A program made the position numbers and the translations under genes. The notes below the pieces were generated by a model, which did no database searches, was not told the DNA's origin, and saw only the letters and a program-made list of their open reading frames with translations. This document shows, piece after piece, positions 53,701 to 61,309 of a DNA stretch of 64,000 bases. Position 1 is the first letter of the stretch, and every line of letters begins with the position of its first letter. Origin of the DNA: Thermoplasmata archaeon (GTDB taxonomy: Archaea; Thermoplasmatota; Thermoplasmata; Lutacidiplasmatales; UBA184); the NCBI GenBank assembly GCA_035502035.1, contig DATJUZ010000028.1, positions 1,639-65,638 of the forward strand. Direction: 5' to 3'.

Positions 53701-53960
53701 GCCGGTCCCGACATCGGTCGCGCATTAGCGCCCGGAGAAGGGCGTAAGGTTCCAGGCAGCGAAACTGACTGCTTCGTCTCGAGTAATCAGCCGGATGGGA
53801 GAGCGTGCCCCTGCTCTGTAACCGAAGGGGCTTCACCCCTGGGATTGACAACCTTCCCGCCGACGCAGACGAAACCGGTTGCCGCCAATGGAGTCACCCC
53901 CGGGCTAGCCCCGAACTAGTGGGCAGACCGTAGCACCTGGCCGTCGAGCTGCTGGCCGGC
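53701..53960. ncRNA. Candidate structured non-coding region of unknown class (strand unresolved)
   Basis: About 260 nt with no convincing ORF and about 63% GC, higher than its island neighbours. Local hairpins: GCGCCC-GGAGAA-GGGCGT (53728-45), AGAGC-GTGCCCCT-GCTCT (53800-17), AGGGG-CTTCA-CCCCT (53826-40), GCTAG-CCCCGAA-CTAGT (53904-20). The ends are complementary: GCCGG (53701-05) and CCGGC (53956-60). The region is preceded by A/T boxes GAAAAAATTCAAC and GATTTTTTGAG. Confidence 0.2.
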
Positions 53961-53970
53961 TGCTCATGGC

Positions 53971-54327
53971 CTACAAACCGAATCTCTTTCGTAAGAACCC
54001 GAATGCCGTCTTCCCCTTCGAGGATCCAAAGCTAATCTGGGGAGCCGGACTTGAGGGGACCTTTGTTCTGTCCCTCGTTGTCAGTGCGGCCCCGAGCTGT
54101 GAGTCGGTCCATAGGACCAGAACGTCGTACTGCACGGGCGTTCCGGGCTTTGCGATCGCGACGCCTTGTGGGTCGACAACAAGCGTGGCGGATCCTGACT
54201 CGGTTCGGAAGACCCAGATTTGGGGGAGGTACCCTCTTATGATTCCGCCGAAGATTCCCTTTAGGTGAGGCTGTAGCTCCTGCGATATCTGCGGGCACAG
54301 TGCACCCAAGAGCTCGACATCGGTCAT
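53971..54327 (-). CDS. Small protein (118 aa), possibly an SCP2-like fold, partner of the upstream ATPase
   Basis: ATGA overlap with the ATPase stop. TLVVDPQGVAIAKPGTPVQYDVLVLWTDSQLGAALT ... KGKTAFGFLRKRF loosely resembles the SCP2 layout. Confidence 0.55.
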   Translation of the reverse strand: MTDVELLGALCPQISQELQPHLKGIFGGIIRGYLPQIWVFRTESGSATLVVDPQGVAIAKPGTPVQYDVLVLWTDSQLGAALTTRDRTKVPSSPAPQISFGSSKGKTAFGFLRKRFGL

Positions 54328-55496
54328 CGTGAGTCGATTGAGTCCCCTTCAGTGGCTCTCGGAAGAACGAGCCGCTCGATTAAGCGTCTGCGGATTACAT
54401 GATAGTAGGCGATGACCGGGGCCTTCCGTAGCTCGTAGTGCCCATAGGAGACCTTCAGGAGTATACCCTGCGCGACAAGTCTGCCTATGTACGGCGCTTG
54501 GATTGCCAGTTCTTCGATGATCTCAGAGCTACGGAGGTGACCCTTACCCGAGCTCGCAATCTTCGCGAAGGCCAGGATGTCGTTATCAGAGGCTCTCGCA
54601 CACTCTCGATTGAGCCAGCCCGCAGCGCTCTCAAGGGCAGTCCCTAGACGGGTGTTCACCGCCTCAGCGTCAAGGATGGCGTTTTCGCGATAGGTCGCTC
54701 TAGCGATGCAGTGGACGAGGTACGGGTAACCATGTGACAGGCGAAAAACAGTCTCAACTCCACTGTCACTCCACGTGGACCTCGAGTCGACTCTTCGTAG
54801 GGGATTGTCTAGGGCGTCTCTCGTCTCCGCGGCAGAGAGCTCGCCGACGTCGAAGCTAGAGTCGGTAAACACTCTGGCGACCGGCGAAGAGTCATGAGTC
54901 GCGAGTCGGTCTGAGAACTCGACCCCCCCGGTTACGACAAGGAAGACCGGCGTCGGCGAGTTGGCCTCCGCAATCGTCTTCAAGGCGCCGAGGCCGGATC
55001 GATCGAGCTGCTCTGCGTCGTCAATGGACACCATAAGCAGGGGAATCCCATCCAGGGAGTCCATACAGTCACGCCAGATCGAGATTGCTTGACTGGCCGG
55101 CCCCGCCTCTCGTGGCGAGATTGTAACGCCCGTACCGGCGACGTTTACGCCGCTGAACCGACGAAGGAAGGCCTTGAACTTCTCGCCAACGGTCGCACGG
55201 GTAGAAAGCTGCCGAGCGACCTCTGCGACGATAGTCCTGTACAATCGATCCTCGGAGGTTTCGCTCTGTAATGGTATGTCCACGGCGACTGCCTCGGACA
55301 GCCTTGATGTCACTTCGGCCCGGACCTTCCGCAGGATCGAGGTCTTACCGCTGCCACGGTATCCGTGGAACAGCATGGGGGTGGTACGCGTTAATCGCCT
55401 AGCAGACTCGACGGCCTCCTCCGACTTTGCCAGAATTTCGCGCCGCCCGGCAAAAACAGCTGGGTCCGCCGGCTGGCCCGGCGCGTAAGGGTTCAC
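54324..55496 (-). CDS. AAA+/archaeal-ATPase-type NTPase with a C-terminal winged helix (Arch_ATPase/ORC-like architecture)
   Basis: N-terminal NPYAPGQPADPAVFAGRREIL, Walker A GYRGSGKTS, Walker B LLMVSIDDAEQL, and a C-terminal wHTH-like ILAFAKIASSGKGHLRSSEIIEELAIQAPYIGRLVAQGILLKV. Confidence 0.8.
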   Translation of the reverse strand: MNPYAPGQPADPAVFAGRREILAKSEEAVESARRLTRTTPMLFHGYRGSGKTSILRKVRAEVTSRLSEAVAVDIPLQSETSEDRLYRTIVAEVARQLSTRATVGEKFKAFLRRFSGVNVAGTGVTISPREAGPASQAISIWRDCMDSLDGIPLLMVSIDDAEQLDRSGLGALKTIAEANSPTPVFLVVTGGVEFSDRLATHDSSPVARVFTDSSFDVGELSAAETRDALDNPLRRVDSRSTWSDSGVETVFRLSHGYPYLVHCIARATYRENAILDAEAVNTRLGTALESAAGWLNRECARASDNDILAFAKIASSGKGHLRSSEIIEELAIQAPYIGRLVAQGILLKVSYGHYELRKAPVIAYYHVIRRRLIERLVLPRATEGDSIDSR

Positions 55497-55554
55497 CCTT
55501 GCGGGTAAGTTCCACTTCTGATAAGCGTTCTGACGCGCTTGCCGTGGGACTCCA

Positions 55555-55572
55555 GTTTAATCGAAATTAAAC
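55555..55572. promoter_or_regulatory. Inverted repeat GTTTAAT-CGAA-ATTAAAC in the AT-rich spacer upstream of the ATPase gene
   Basis: Perfect 7-bp arms with a 4-nt spacer, 59-76 nt upstream of the ATPase ATG. It could be a TATA/operator for the ATPase or a terminator for the disrupted ORF. Confidence 0.3.
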
Positions 55573-55576
55573 GATT

Positions 55577-56151
55577 CTATACGGGTCGCTCCCCGTAACC
55601 TCCTGCAAGGCTCGCGATGCGCGACATCGTTCCCGCAGCGTACGACACACCGTCGGTCAAGAACTGCCTCGCTCGGGGAGTCATCTCCTGCCCGGCCGGG
55701 CTCACGGGTATGTCTGAGCCGCCGTAAACTGGCTCGAGAGTCGCAATCGGGAAGAGGGGGCCAGCTTCGAGTGTCTCAAAGTAGGTTCGGACCAGTTCGT
55801 GGCATCCCCCAAAGGGATCGGTATTCTGAAGGCGCGTGAGGTCGGGCCACCACTACTCCCTCCTAGTCCCGACCGCTACACCAGCCTGCCGCATCCTCGA
55901 GTGGATGTCAGAAAGGAGACCCCGGGCCGCCACAACGTCGACCTCGGCAGAGTGCCAGTCGTCAGCATGCAGAGCTGTCTGGAAATATAACCCAGGACCG
56001 CCGCGGTGACGTTGCCGTCGGATACGGTTGTCCCAAGGTCAAACCAGAGACGGCCACCTGGGGTTTCAGTCCAAATTTGGACCATGCCAGTCTCGTTGCC
56101 CAGGTAGGGGCCGCGACCACTGAAGTCGAAATCCCGGCGCGGCGTCCCCAT
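55577..56151 (-). pseudogene. Disrupted ORF: one frameshift plus one in-frame TAG
   Basis: Frame A starts at ATG 56151 (MGTPRRDFDFSGRGPYLGNETGMVQIWTETPGGRLWFDLG...GYIS). Protein-like sequence then continues in another frame (ALHADDWHSAEVDVVAARGLLSDIHSRMRQAGVAVGTRRE) up to TAG 55855-55853. The same frame stays open beyond the TAG (WWPDLTRLQNTDPFGGCHELVRTYFETLEAGPLFP...GYGERPV) to the stop at 55579-55577. Confidence 0.4.
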
Positions 56152-56261
56152 CGACTCGTCCTCTGCTTGGTCGTGGACTGGCAGGCAGCAGTGCTACGGA
56201 CTCATACCACCTAGCCTCATATCCTTGGGATGGCTTAGGAAAAGTAGCTACGCTATGAACC

Positions 56262-57878
56262 ATGCCTGAGTGGGTTTTGATAAGCGGTGCGCCGTATGTG
56301 ACAGTTTCTGCCATTGGCCTAGCACAGGGTAGGCCGCCCAACAATGGCGCGAATTTTGGCCCCGACACCCCTGGGACCGTAACGACCGGAATACAGGAAG
56401 CCCTCAACTTCATAGCCACGACAGGAGGGAGGGTACACTGCATACAAGGAGCGTACCTGGCGTCCGCTACTATCTCGTTCACAGGATCGAACCAACTGCT
56501 TTGGTTTGAGCCGGGGAGCTCCCTTACCTTTGCGAATGGGATATCGGGAGCAGTCCCTGCCTGGTTCGACCCGGAGGGATACTACTCGAAGAGCGACTCC
56601 CGGCTGATTCATATGGGATCCGACCTCGCAGATCCCATTGTTTACTCGCATCAGTGGCTAGTCGGGAACGGGCTCGTGGTAAACTGGGGGAGCAATACGA
56701 CACCAACGCTAAACAATGGGGTTTGCGTGACCGTGCCTGGGCAAGCCTCGGACCCGGCCTACACCGGCCCTGGAGGCTCCGACTACCTGATTGAGGGCTT
56801 GGTCTGCAGTGGCAAGATATTCTGTACCATCCTTGTGATGGCAGAGAACTTCAGCGCCTCCTCGCCAGTGCTGCTGACAGAGCCGCAGCGCACGAGGTTC
56901 ATTCGAGTTCGAAGAGTCTCCGCAACCTACTCCCTCGATGCCAACGCCGCGAAAATGAGCGCCATCCTGCTCCGGTGCAGCTCGGATGTTCTCGTCTCCG
57001 ACTGTTATGTCGACTGCTCCGCTCTCGGCAACGTAGACTACGATACGATCAACGTCACGGGCCACACCGGAGAGCTCGCCCAGGTCGAGGTCCGAAGATC
57101 CTATTTCCGCGGAAACGGCGTCTCGGGCCAGTGTTTGGAAGTTCAAGGCGGAGTAAGCCCCTCAACCGCAACATCGAGCACGGTGGGACTGCACGACGTC
57201 AGGTTTTCCCAGTGTACGTTCGATACTGGTGCCGCCACCGGAGCGCCGGTGGCTGGGCTCTCGGGCGCGTTTATTGACGATAACAACAGCACCACGGCCC
57301 TTGCGCAGCTCTGGAACGTCGAATTCTACCAGTGTCGCTGGATCAACTGCGGGGTCTCGATTCAGAGCACTTCGATAGCTATAACGGTCGGAGCGAGCCC
57401 GTTCACCTACACTAATGGGACTCCCGACCCTCAGGAGGTTACCGTTACGGGGGGGACTGTCTCAGCCATCACAGTTGGCGGTGTGTCGGTCCCCGTTGCA
57501 TCGCCCACGAGACTGTTGGTCAGACCCGGGGTCTCGGTGGTGGTTACCTACTCGTCGAGCCCGACGATGACCTGGAACGCATTTGGCTACCTGCGGTTCA
57601 GCGGGCAGTTGCCCTCAGCCATCGGCACCGCGGGCTCCTTGCAGGCGCGAGGTCCGAACGACAAAGGACCTCTGATGGCGGTCGGTTCTAGTCCCTTTAC
57701 CTACCAGAACGTAGACGGATTCGACGAGGTGGTCGTCGTGGACGGAGGATCGGTTTCGAGCATCTCCTTCAACGGTGCAGCGACCCCTCGAACCGGCGGC
57801 GATTTCAAGCTGGTCGCAGGTGACACCATCACCGTGTCTTACTCATCCGCACCCTCCATCAATGTTCAGGGCAAGTAG
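56262..57878 (+). CDS. Right-handed beta-helix (pectate-lyase-3 / tailspike-like) protein with two C-terminal repeat domains
   Basis: N-terminal GPDTPGTVTTGIQEALNFIATTGGRVHCIQGAY matches the pectate_lyase_3 entry motif. The middle has periodic Cys/Asn/Val-rich coils. No signal peptide. 538 aa. Confidence 0.8.
   Translation: MPEWVLISGAPYVTVSAIGLAQGRPPNNGANFGPDTPGTVTTGIQEALNFIATTGGRVHCIQGAYLASATISFTGSNQLLWFEPGSSLTFANGISGAVPAWFDPEGYYSKSDSRLIHMGSDLADPIVYSHQWLVGNGLVVNWGSNTTPTLNNGVCVTVPGQASDPAYTGPGGSDYLIEGLVCSGKIFCTILVMAENFSASSPVLLTEPQRTRFIRVRRVSATYSLDANAAKMSAILLRCSSDVLVSDCYVDCSALGNVDYDTINVTGHTGELAQVEVRRSYFRGNGVSGQCLEVQGGVSPSTATSSTVGLHDVRFSQCTFDTGAATGAPVAGLSGAFIDDNNSTTALAQLWNVEFYQCRWINCGVSIQSTSIAITVGASPFTYTNGTPDPQEVTVTGGTVSAITVGGVSVPVASPTRLLVRPGVSVVVTYSSSPTMTWNAFGYLRFSGQLPSAIGTAGSLQARGPNDKGPLMAVGSSPFTYQNVDGFDEVVVVDGGSVSSISFNGAATPRTGGDFKLVAGDTITVSYSSAPSINVQGK
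57378..57866 (+). repeat. Protein-level tandem duplication (~64 aa x2) at the C-terminus of the beta-helix protein
   Basis: VGASPFTYTNGTPDPQEVTVTGGTVSAITVGG...VVVTYSSSPTMTW (57378-57575) aligns with VGSSPFTYQNVDGFDEVVVVDGGSVSSISFNG...ITVSYSSAPSINV (57675-57866). Confidence 0.7.
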
Positions 57879-58139
57879 CTCCTGGCCGAGTGGCCAGCAG
57901 CCGAGGCGGCGTGCTCCCAGTCCCCGTTCTGACCAGTCTTGAGATTGGGGTCACGAAGGAGGCTCGCCGAGTGGAAGGGCTGGGTCCGAGTTCCCCCCCC
58001 ACTGATTCAGCAAGCTCTCTTGCGATTGAGGGCGAGTCAAACGAACTCGACGTGACATCATCACTGGGCGAGTGGAGACCCCGTTGTCACCAACAAACCG
58101 ATGAGCCGTCAAGCGCCCAACCCAAGGGCGCGCCCCTCG

Positions 58140-58796
58140 CTACTCTCTTGATATCAAGAACTGGTGTCGTCCGAGGTACGTCAACCTAGTGCAGTGGACC
58201 GCTGAAAAATTGTCCACCGCCCTAGTTACTCCGTCGTCCCAATCGCTCTGAGGCAAGTCGTAGTCGTCCCCTGCAAGGGCCCCCCCTGCCTTTACTTTTG
58301 GCCACCACGCGGAAAGGTCTGCCAGAACGGCATGATATCGGTGGTCTGCATCGAGGTAGACGAAGTCTACTGAACCGTCCGGAAACTCCTTCGCGGCGTC
58401 GACTGACGGATTGCGATGTATCACCACCCGCCCCGCGCGCGTCTCGGCGTGCAGACGCACAGTGGCGCTCTTGTAGGCCTGCTCAATCTTGGCCTGACTA
58501 GTATTCCCGTTACCGCCCCATCGACGTGAGGGATGGCCCGGAACCTGTTTCCACTGATCCACTAGATGAAGGAATCTCGGCTGGACAATCCTAAGTATCC
58601 TCTCAGAAAACTCCCCGGCCCACACTCCAACCTCGACGCCAATCCCTCCTCGTGGGAGGCGCTCGAGGATGGGGTCACGGTACCACAGGGGTCTCCAGTG
58701 TAGCTGCATCCTACCCTGAGACGCGGGGTTGAAAGCCGAGTACCCCTTGCTTGTCAGAGATTTGACCTTGACGCCGACACCCTGCGGTGAAGACAA
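58140..58796 (-). CDS. Class I SAM-dependent methyltransferase (Methyltransf_24-like)
   Basis: Motif I is GVEVGVWAGEFS. VDFVYLDADHRYHAVLADLSAWWPKVKAGGALAGDDY follows. The start could be the internal M30. Confidence 0.8.
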   Translation of the reverse strand: MSSPQGVGVKVKSLTSKGYSAFNPASQGRMQLHWRPLWYRDPILERLPRGGIGVEVGVWAGEFSERILRIVQPRFLHLVDQWKQVPGHPSRRWGGNGNTSQAKIEQAYKSATVRLHAETRAGRVVIHRNPSVDAAKEFPDGSVDFVYLDADHRYHAVLADLSAWWPKVKAGGALAGDDYDLPQSDWDDGVTRAVDNFSAVHCTRLTYLGRHQFLISRE

Positions 58797-59040
58797 CTAC
58801 CTCGGTTGATAGGTGTCCATCGGGGTGACCGACACGGACTCGTAGCTTGCGGCCCAGCGTGACTGTCCGCGGCCCCGCCTTACATCTCGCCTAGCCCGCC
58901 ATTGGTCGACGCCTGAGGGAAGATAGTAGTAGGTCGCAGTCGGGCGGCGCCTTCCGCAGCTGGCCAGAAGAGGAGGCGTTAACGCGCAGCCATGACGATT
59001 TAACCGTGCTCGAGTGCCCGCGCGAGGGAGAAGCATAGAG

Positions 59041-59505
59041 ATGACAGCGCACCCCATCAAGAGAGGCTCGAGAAGGGTGGTGGTGCGGCCCATGAGGGTG
59101 GAGGATATTTCAGAGGTCTATCACCTCGGCGAGCGCATCTACAACGTGGGCGAAGCACCGCTCCTTTATCGCACCTGGGACCCCTATGAGGTTGCGGCCC
59201 AGTTCGCTGCAGAGACCGAACTCTCAATCGTTGCGACCGTTTCTGGGAGATTGGTGGGTTTCTGCCTCTCTACAACAATCGAGAAGCCGGGAAAGCCGTG
59301 GCGCTACGGCTACCTCATCTGGCTCGGTGTAGACCCCAGCTACCGCCTCAGGCATGTGGGCCGCAAACTCGCTCAGCGAACCCTCCGCCTCATGAAGCAA
59401 CGAAGGGCTCAGTCGATCCTCGTTGACACACCCGAGGACAACAGGGGCGCGATCAACTTCTTCGAGCGGCAGGGGTATCGTCGCCGGCCCCTCGGGTTTC
59501 TTTAA
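59041..59505 (+). CDS. GNAT family N-acetyltransferase
   Basis: ATG 59041 (MTAHPIK...). Supporting sequences are LGVDPSYRLRHVGRKLAQRTL and NRGAINFFERQGY. About 50% GC. Confidence 0.8.
   Translation: MTAHPIKRGSRRVVVRPMRVEDISEVYHLGERIYNVGEAPLLYRTWDPYEVAAQFAAETELSIVATVSGRLVGFCLSTTIEKPGKPWRYGYLIWLGVDPSYRLRHVGRKLAQRTLRLMKQRRAQSILVDTPEDNRGAINFFERQGYRRRPLGFL
59486..59496 (+). repeat. Right copy of the direct repeat GGCCCCTCGGG
   Basis: Identical to 53621-53631. It lies in the last codons of the GNAT gene, immediately before the thermosome TATA box. Confidence 0.35.
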
Positions 59506-59508
59506 ATA
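59501..59508 (+). promoter_or_regulatory. TATA box (TTTAAATA) of the thermosome gene
   Basis: A canonical archaeal TATA 55-62 nt upstream of ATG 59563. Confidence 0.6.
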
Positions 59509-59535
59509 CAACCGCATTTCTACCTCGGCCGAACG

Positions 59536-59551
59536 CCGAGAGTACTCTCGG
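59536..59551 (+). promoter_or_regulatory. Perfect 16-bp palindrome CCGAGAGTACTCTCGG in the thermosome leader, overlapping the SD-like GGAGGA
   Basis: Located about 28-43 nt downstream of the TATA box and 12 nt upstream of the ATG. The right arm ...CTCGG runs into GGAGGA (59550-59555). Confidence 0.4.
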
Positions 59552-59562
59552 AGGATAGAACG

Positions 59563-61230
59563 ATGCTGACAGGACAGACCCCGATCTTGGTGCTGAAGGA
59601 AGGAACGAAGCGCGAGAAGGGCCGCGGCGCCCTCTCGAACAACATCCAGGCGGCGAAGGCGATCGCGGACTCGGTCCGCTCGACGCTGGGGCCGCGCGGG
59701 CTCGACAAGATGCTGGTCGACTCGATGGGCGACGTCGTCGTGACCAACGACGGCGTGACGATCCTCAAGGAGATGGACGTCGAGCACCCGGCCGCGAAGA
59801 TGCTGGTCGAGGTCGCGAAGACCCAGGACCAGGAGGCCGGGGACGGCACGACGACCGCCGTCATCCTCGCCGGCGAGCTGCTCAAGCGCGCCGAGGAGCT
59901 CATCGAGCAGAACATCCACCCGACGATCATCTCGCAGGGCTACCGCCTCGCGGCGACCAAGTCGCTCGAGCTCCTCCAGCAGGACAGCCACCCGGTCGCG
60001 ATCGCCGACCACGACACCCTCCAGCGCATCGCCGTGACGTCGATGAGCTCGAAGTCGGTCTCGTTCAACCGGGAGATGCTCGGTGAGATCGCCGTGAAGG
60101 CGGTCACCGCGGTCGCCGAGAAGAAGGGGAGCGCCTACAACGTCGACCTCGACAACATCCAGCTGATCAAGAAGCAGGGCGGTTCGATGGCCGACACCCA
60201 ACTGATCGAAGGCGTCATCGTCGACAAGGAGAAGGTCCACTCCGGGATGCCGTCGCGCGTCGAGAACCCGAAGATCGCGCTCCTGGACGCCGCGCTCGAG
60301 ATCAAGAAGACGGAGATCGACGCGAAGATCGAGATCAACGACCCGAACCAGCTGAACGCCTTCCTCCAGGAGGAGGAGAACATGCTGCGGCGGATGGTCG
60401 ACCAGGTGAAGAAGTCCGGCGCGAACGTCGTCCTCTGCCAGAAGGGGATCGACGACCTCGCCCAGCATTTCCTCGCGAAGGAAGGGATCTACGCGGTCCG
60501 GCGCGTCAAGAAGTCGGACATGGAGAAGCTCGCGAAGGCGACGGGCGCGAACGTCGTCTCGAAGGTGAGCGAGCTCACCCCCGAGGACGTCGGCACGGCC
60601 GGCGCCGTCGAGGAGCGGAAGATCGGCGAGGACGCCCTCACGTTCGTGACGGGCGCGAAGAAGGCCCGCGCGGTGTCGATCCTGATCCGCGGCGGGACCG
60701 AGCACGTCATCGACGAGATCGAGCGGTCGCTGGACGACGCGCTCAACGTGGTGGCGGTCGCGGTCGAGGACGGCCGGTACGTCTTCGGCGGCGGCGCGAC
60801 GGCGGTGGAGCTCGCGATGCGGCTCCGGGACGAGGCGGCGAAGGTCGGCGGGCGCGAGCAGATCGCGTTCGAGAGCTTCGCGGACGCGCTCGAGACCGTG
60901 CCGCGGACCCTCGCGGAGAACGCCGGGCTCGACCCGATCGACATCCTGATCGAGCTGCGGAAGGCGCACAAGGCCGGCCAGAAGATGGCGGGCGTGAACG
61001 TGCACTCCGGCAAGGTCGACAACATGCAGACGCTCAACGTCATCGAGCCGATCCGCGTCGGACGGCAGGCGATCGAGAGCGCGACGGACGCGGCCGTCAT
61101 GATCCTCCGGATCGACGACGTGATCGCGTCGAAGTCGTCCCCGCCCCCGTCGGGCGGCCCCGGTGGCGGGCCCGGCGGCGGGATGGGCGGCATGGGCGGG
61201 ATGGGCGGCGGGGACTTCGGCGACGACTAG
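59563..61230 (+). CDS. ths: Thermosome subunit (group II chaperonin)
   Basis: Motifs are [26 protein letters not shown] and [12 protein letters not shown], with the [13 protein letters not shown]-terminal tail. 555 aa. Confidence 0.95.
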   Translation: MLTGQTPILVLKEGTKREKGRGALSNNIQAAKAIADSVRSTLGPRGLDKMLVDSMGDVVVTNDGVTILKEMDVEHPAAKMLVEVAKTQDQEAGDGTTTAVILAGELLKRAEELIEQNIHPTIISQGYRLAATKSLELLQQDSHPVAIADHDTLQRIAVTSMSSKSVSFNREMLGEIAVKAVTAVAEKKGSAYNVDLDNIQLIKKQGGSMADTQLIEGVIVDKEKVHSGMPSRVENPKIALLDAALEIKKTEIDAKIEINDPNQLNAFLQEEENMLRRMVDQVKKSGANVVLCQKGIDDLAQHFLAKEGIYAVRRVKKSDMEKLAKATGANVVSKVSELTPEDVGTAGAVEERKIGEDALTFVTGAKKARAVSILIRGGTEHVIDEIERSLDDALNVVAVAVEDGRYVFGGGATAVELAMRLRDEAAKVGGREQIAFESFADALETVPRTLAENAGLDPIDILIELRKAHKAGQKMAGVNVHSGKVDNMQTLNVIEPIRVGRQAIESATDAAVMILRIDDVIASKSSPPPSGGPGGGPGGGMGGMGGMGGGDFGDD

Positions 61231-61262
61231 GCGCCCCCGCGCGACCGACCGAACCGTTTCCT

Positions 61263-61293
61263 CGCCTCCCGCGGGCTGCCCCCGCGGGAGGCG
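61263..61293. terminator. Strong hairpin between the convergent thermosome and rdgB genes
   Basis: CGCCTCCCGCGGG-ctgcc-CCCGCGGGAGGCG forms a perfect 13-bp stem, followed on the plus strand by GTTCGATTTCT. Confidence 0.5.
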
Positions 61294-61309
61294 GTTCGAT
61301 TTCTCGAGG

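Larger units (their letters stand above)
53632..59496. mobile_element. Putative horizontally acquired island / decayed integrated element (no integrase seen)
   Basis: Hand-counted 60-nt lines inside the island are 50-57% GC, against about 70% or more outside. The gene content is orphan/accessory. An 11-bp direct repeat flanks it. Confidence 0.4.

Noticed and set aside
53701-53960. Identification of the hairpin-rich region as SRP (7S) RNA or RNase P RNA.
   Set aside because: A UGUAAC linker and loop complementarity recall the SRP Alu domain. However, I cannot find the helix-8 GNAR-tetraloop-plus-GGxAGCA core in either orientation, the Alu-like part is in the wrong place relative to the paired ends, and the RNase P CR-I/CR-V sequences (GAGGAAAGUCC, ACAGAAnnCGGCUUA) are absent.
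55853-55855. In-frame TAG as a pyrrolysine codon or programmed readthrough.
   Set aside because: The gene also carries a frameshift, is not a methylamine methyltransferase, and sits in a degenerate island. Pseudogenisation is simpler. No pyl genes are visible in this window.
58797-59093. 98-aa minus-strand ORF between the methyltransferase and GNAT genes; likewise 57890..58189(+) at 99 aa.
   Set aside because: The composition is R/C/T-rich and odd. The first overlaps the GNAT start and promoter, and the second overlaps the methyltransferase 3' end. Neither has motifs.
53632-59496. Intact provirus or integrative element with integrase.
   Set aside because: No tyrosine or serine recombinase, transposase, capsid, or packaging ATPase motifs were found in any frame of the island. 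No tRNA gene lies at the borders (the only tRNA is 12 kb away).
61150-61215. Nucleotide-level tandem repeat (ggcgggatgggcggcatgggcgggatgggcggc).
   Set aside because: It encodes the GGM-repeat C-terminal tail typical of chaperonins. It is not an independent repeat element or a CRISPR.
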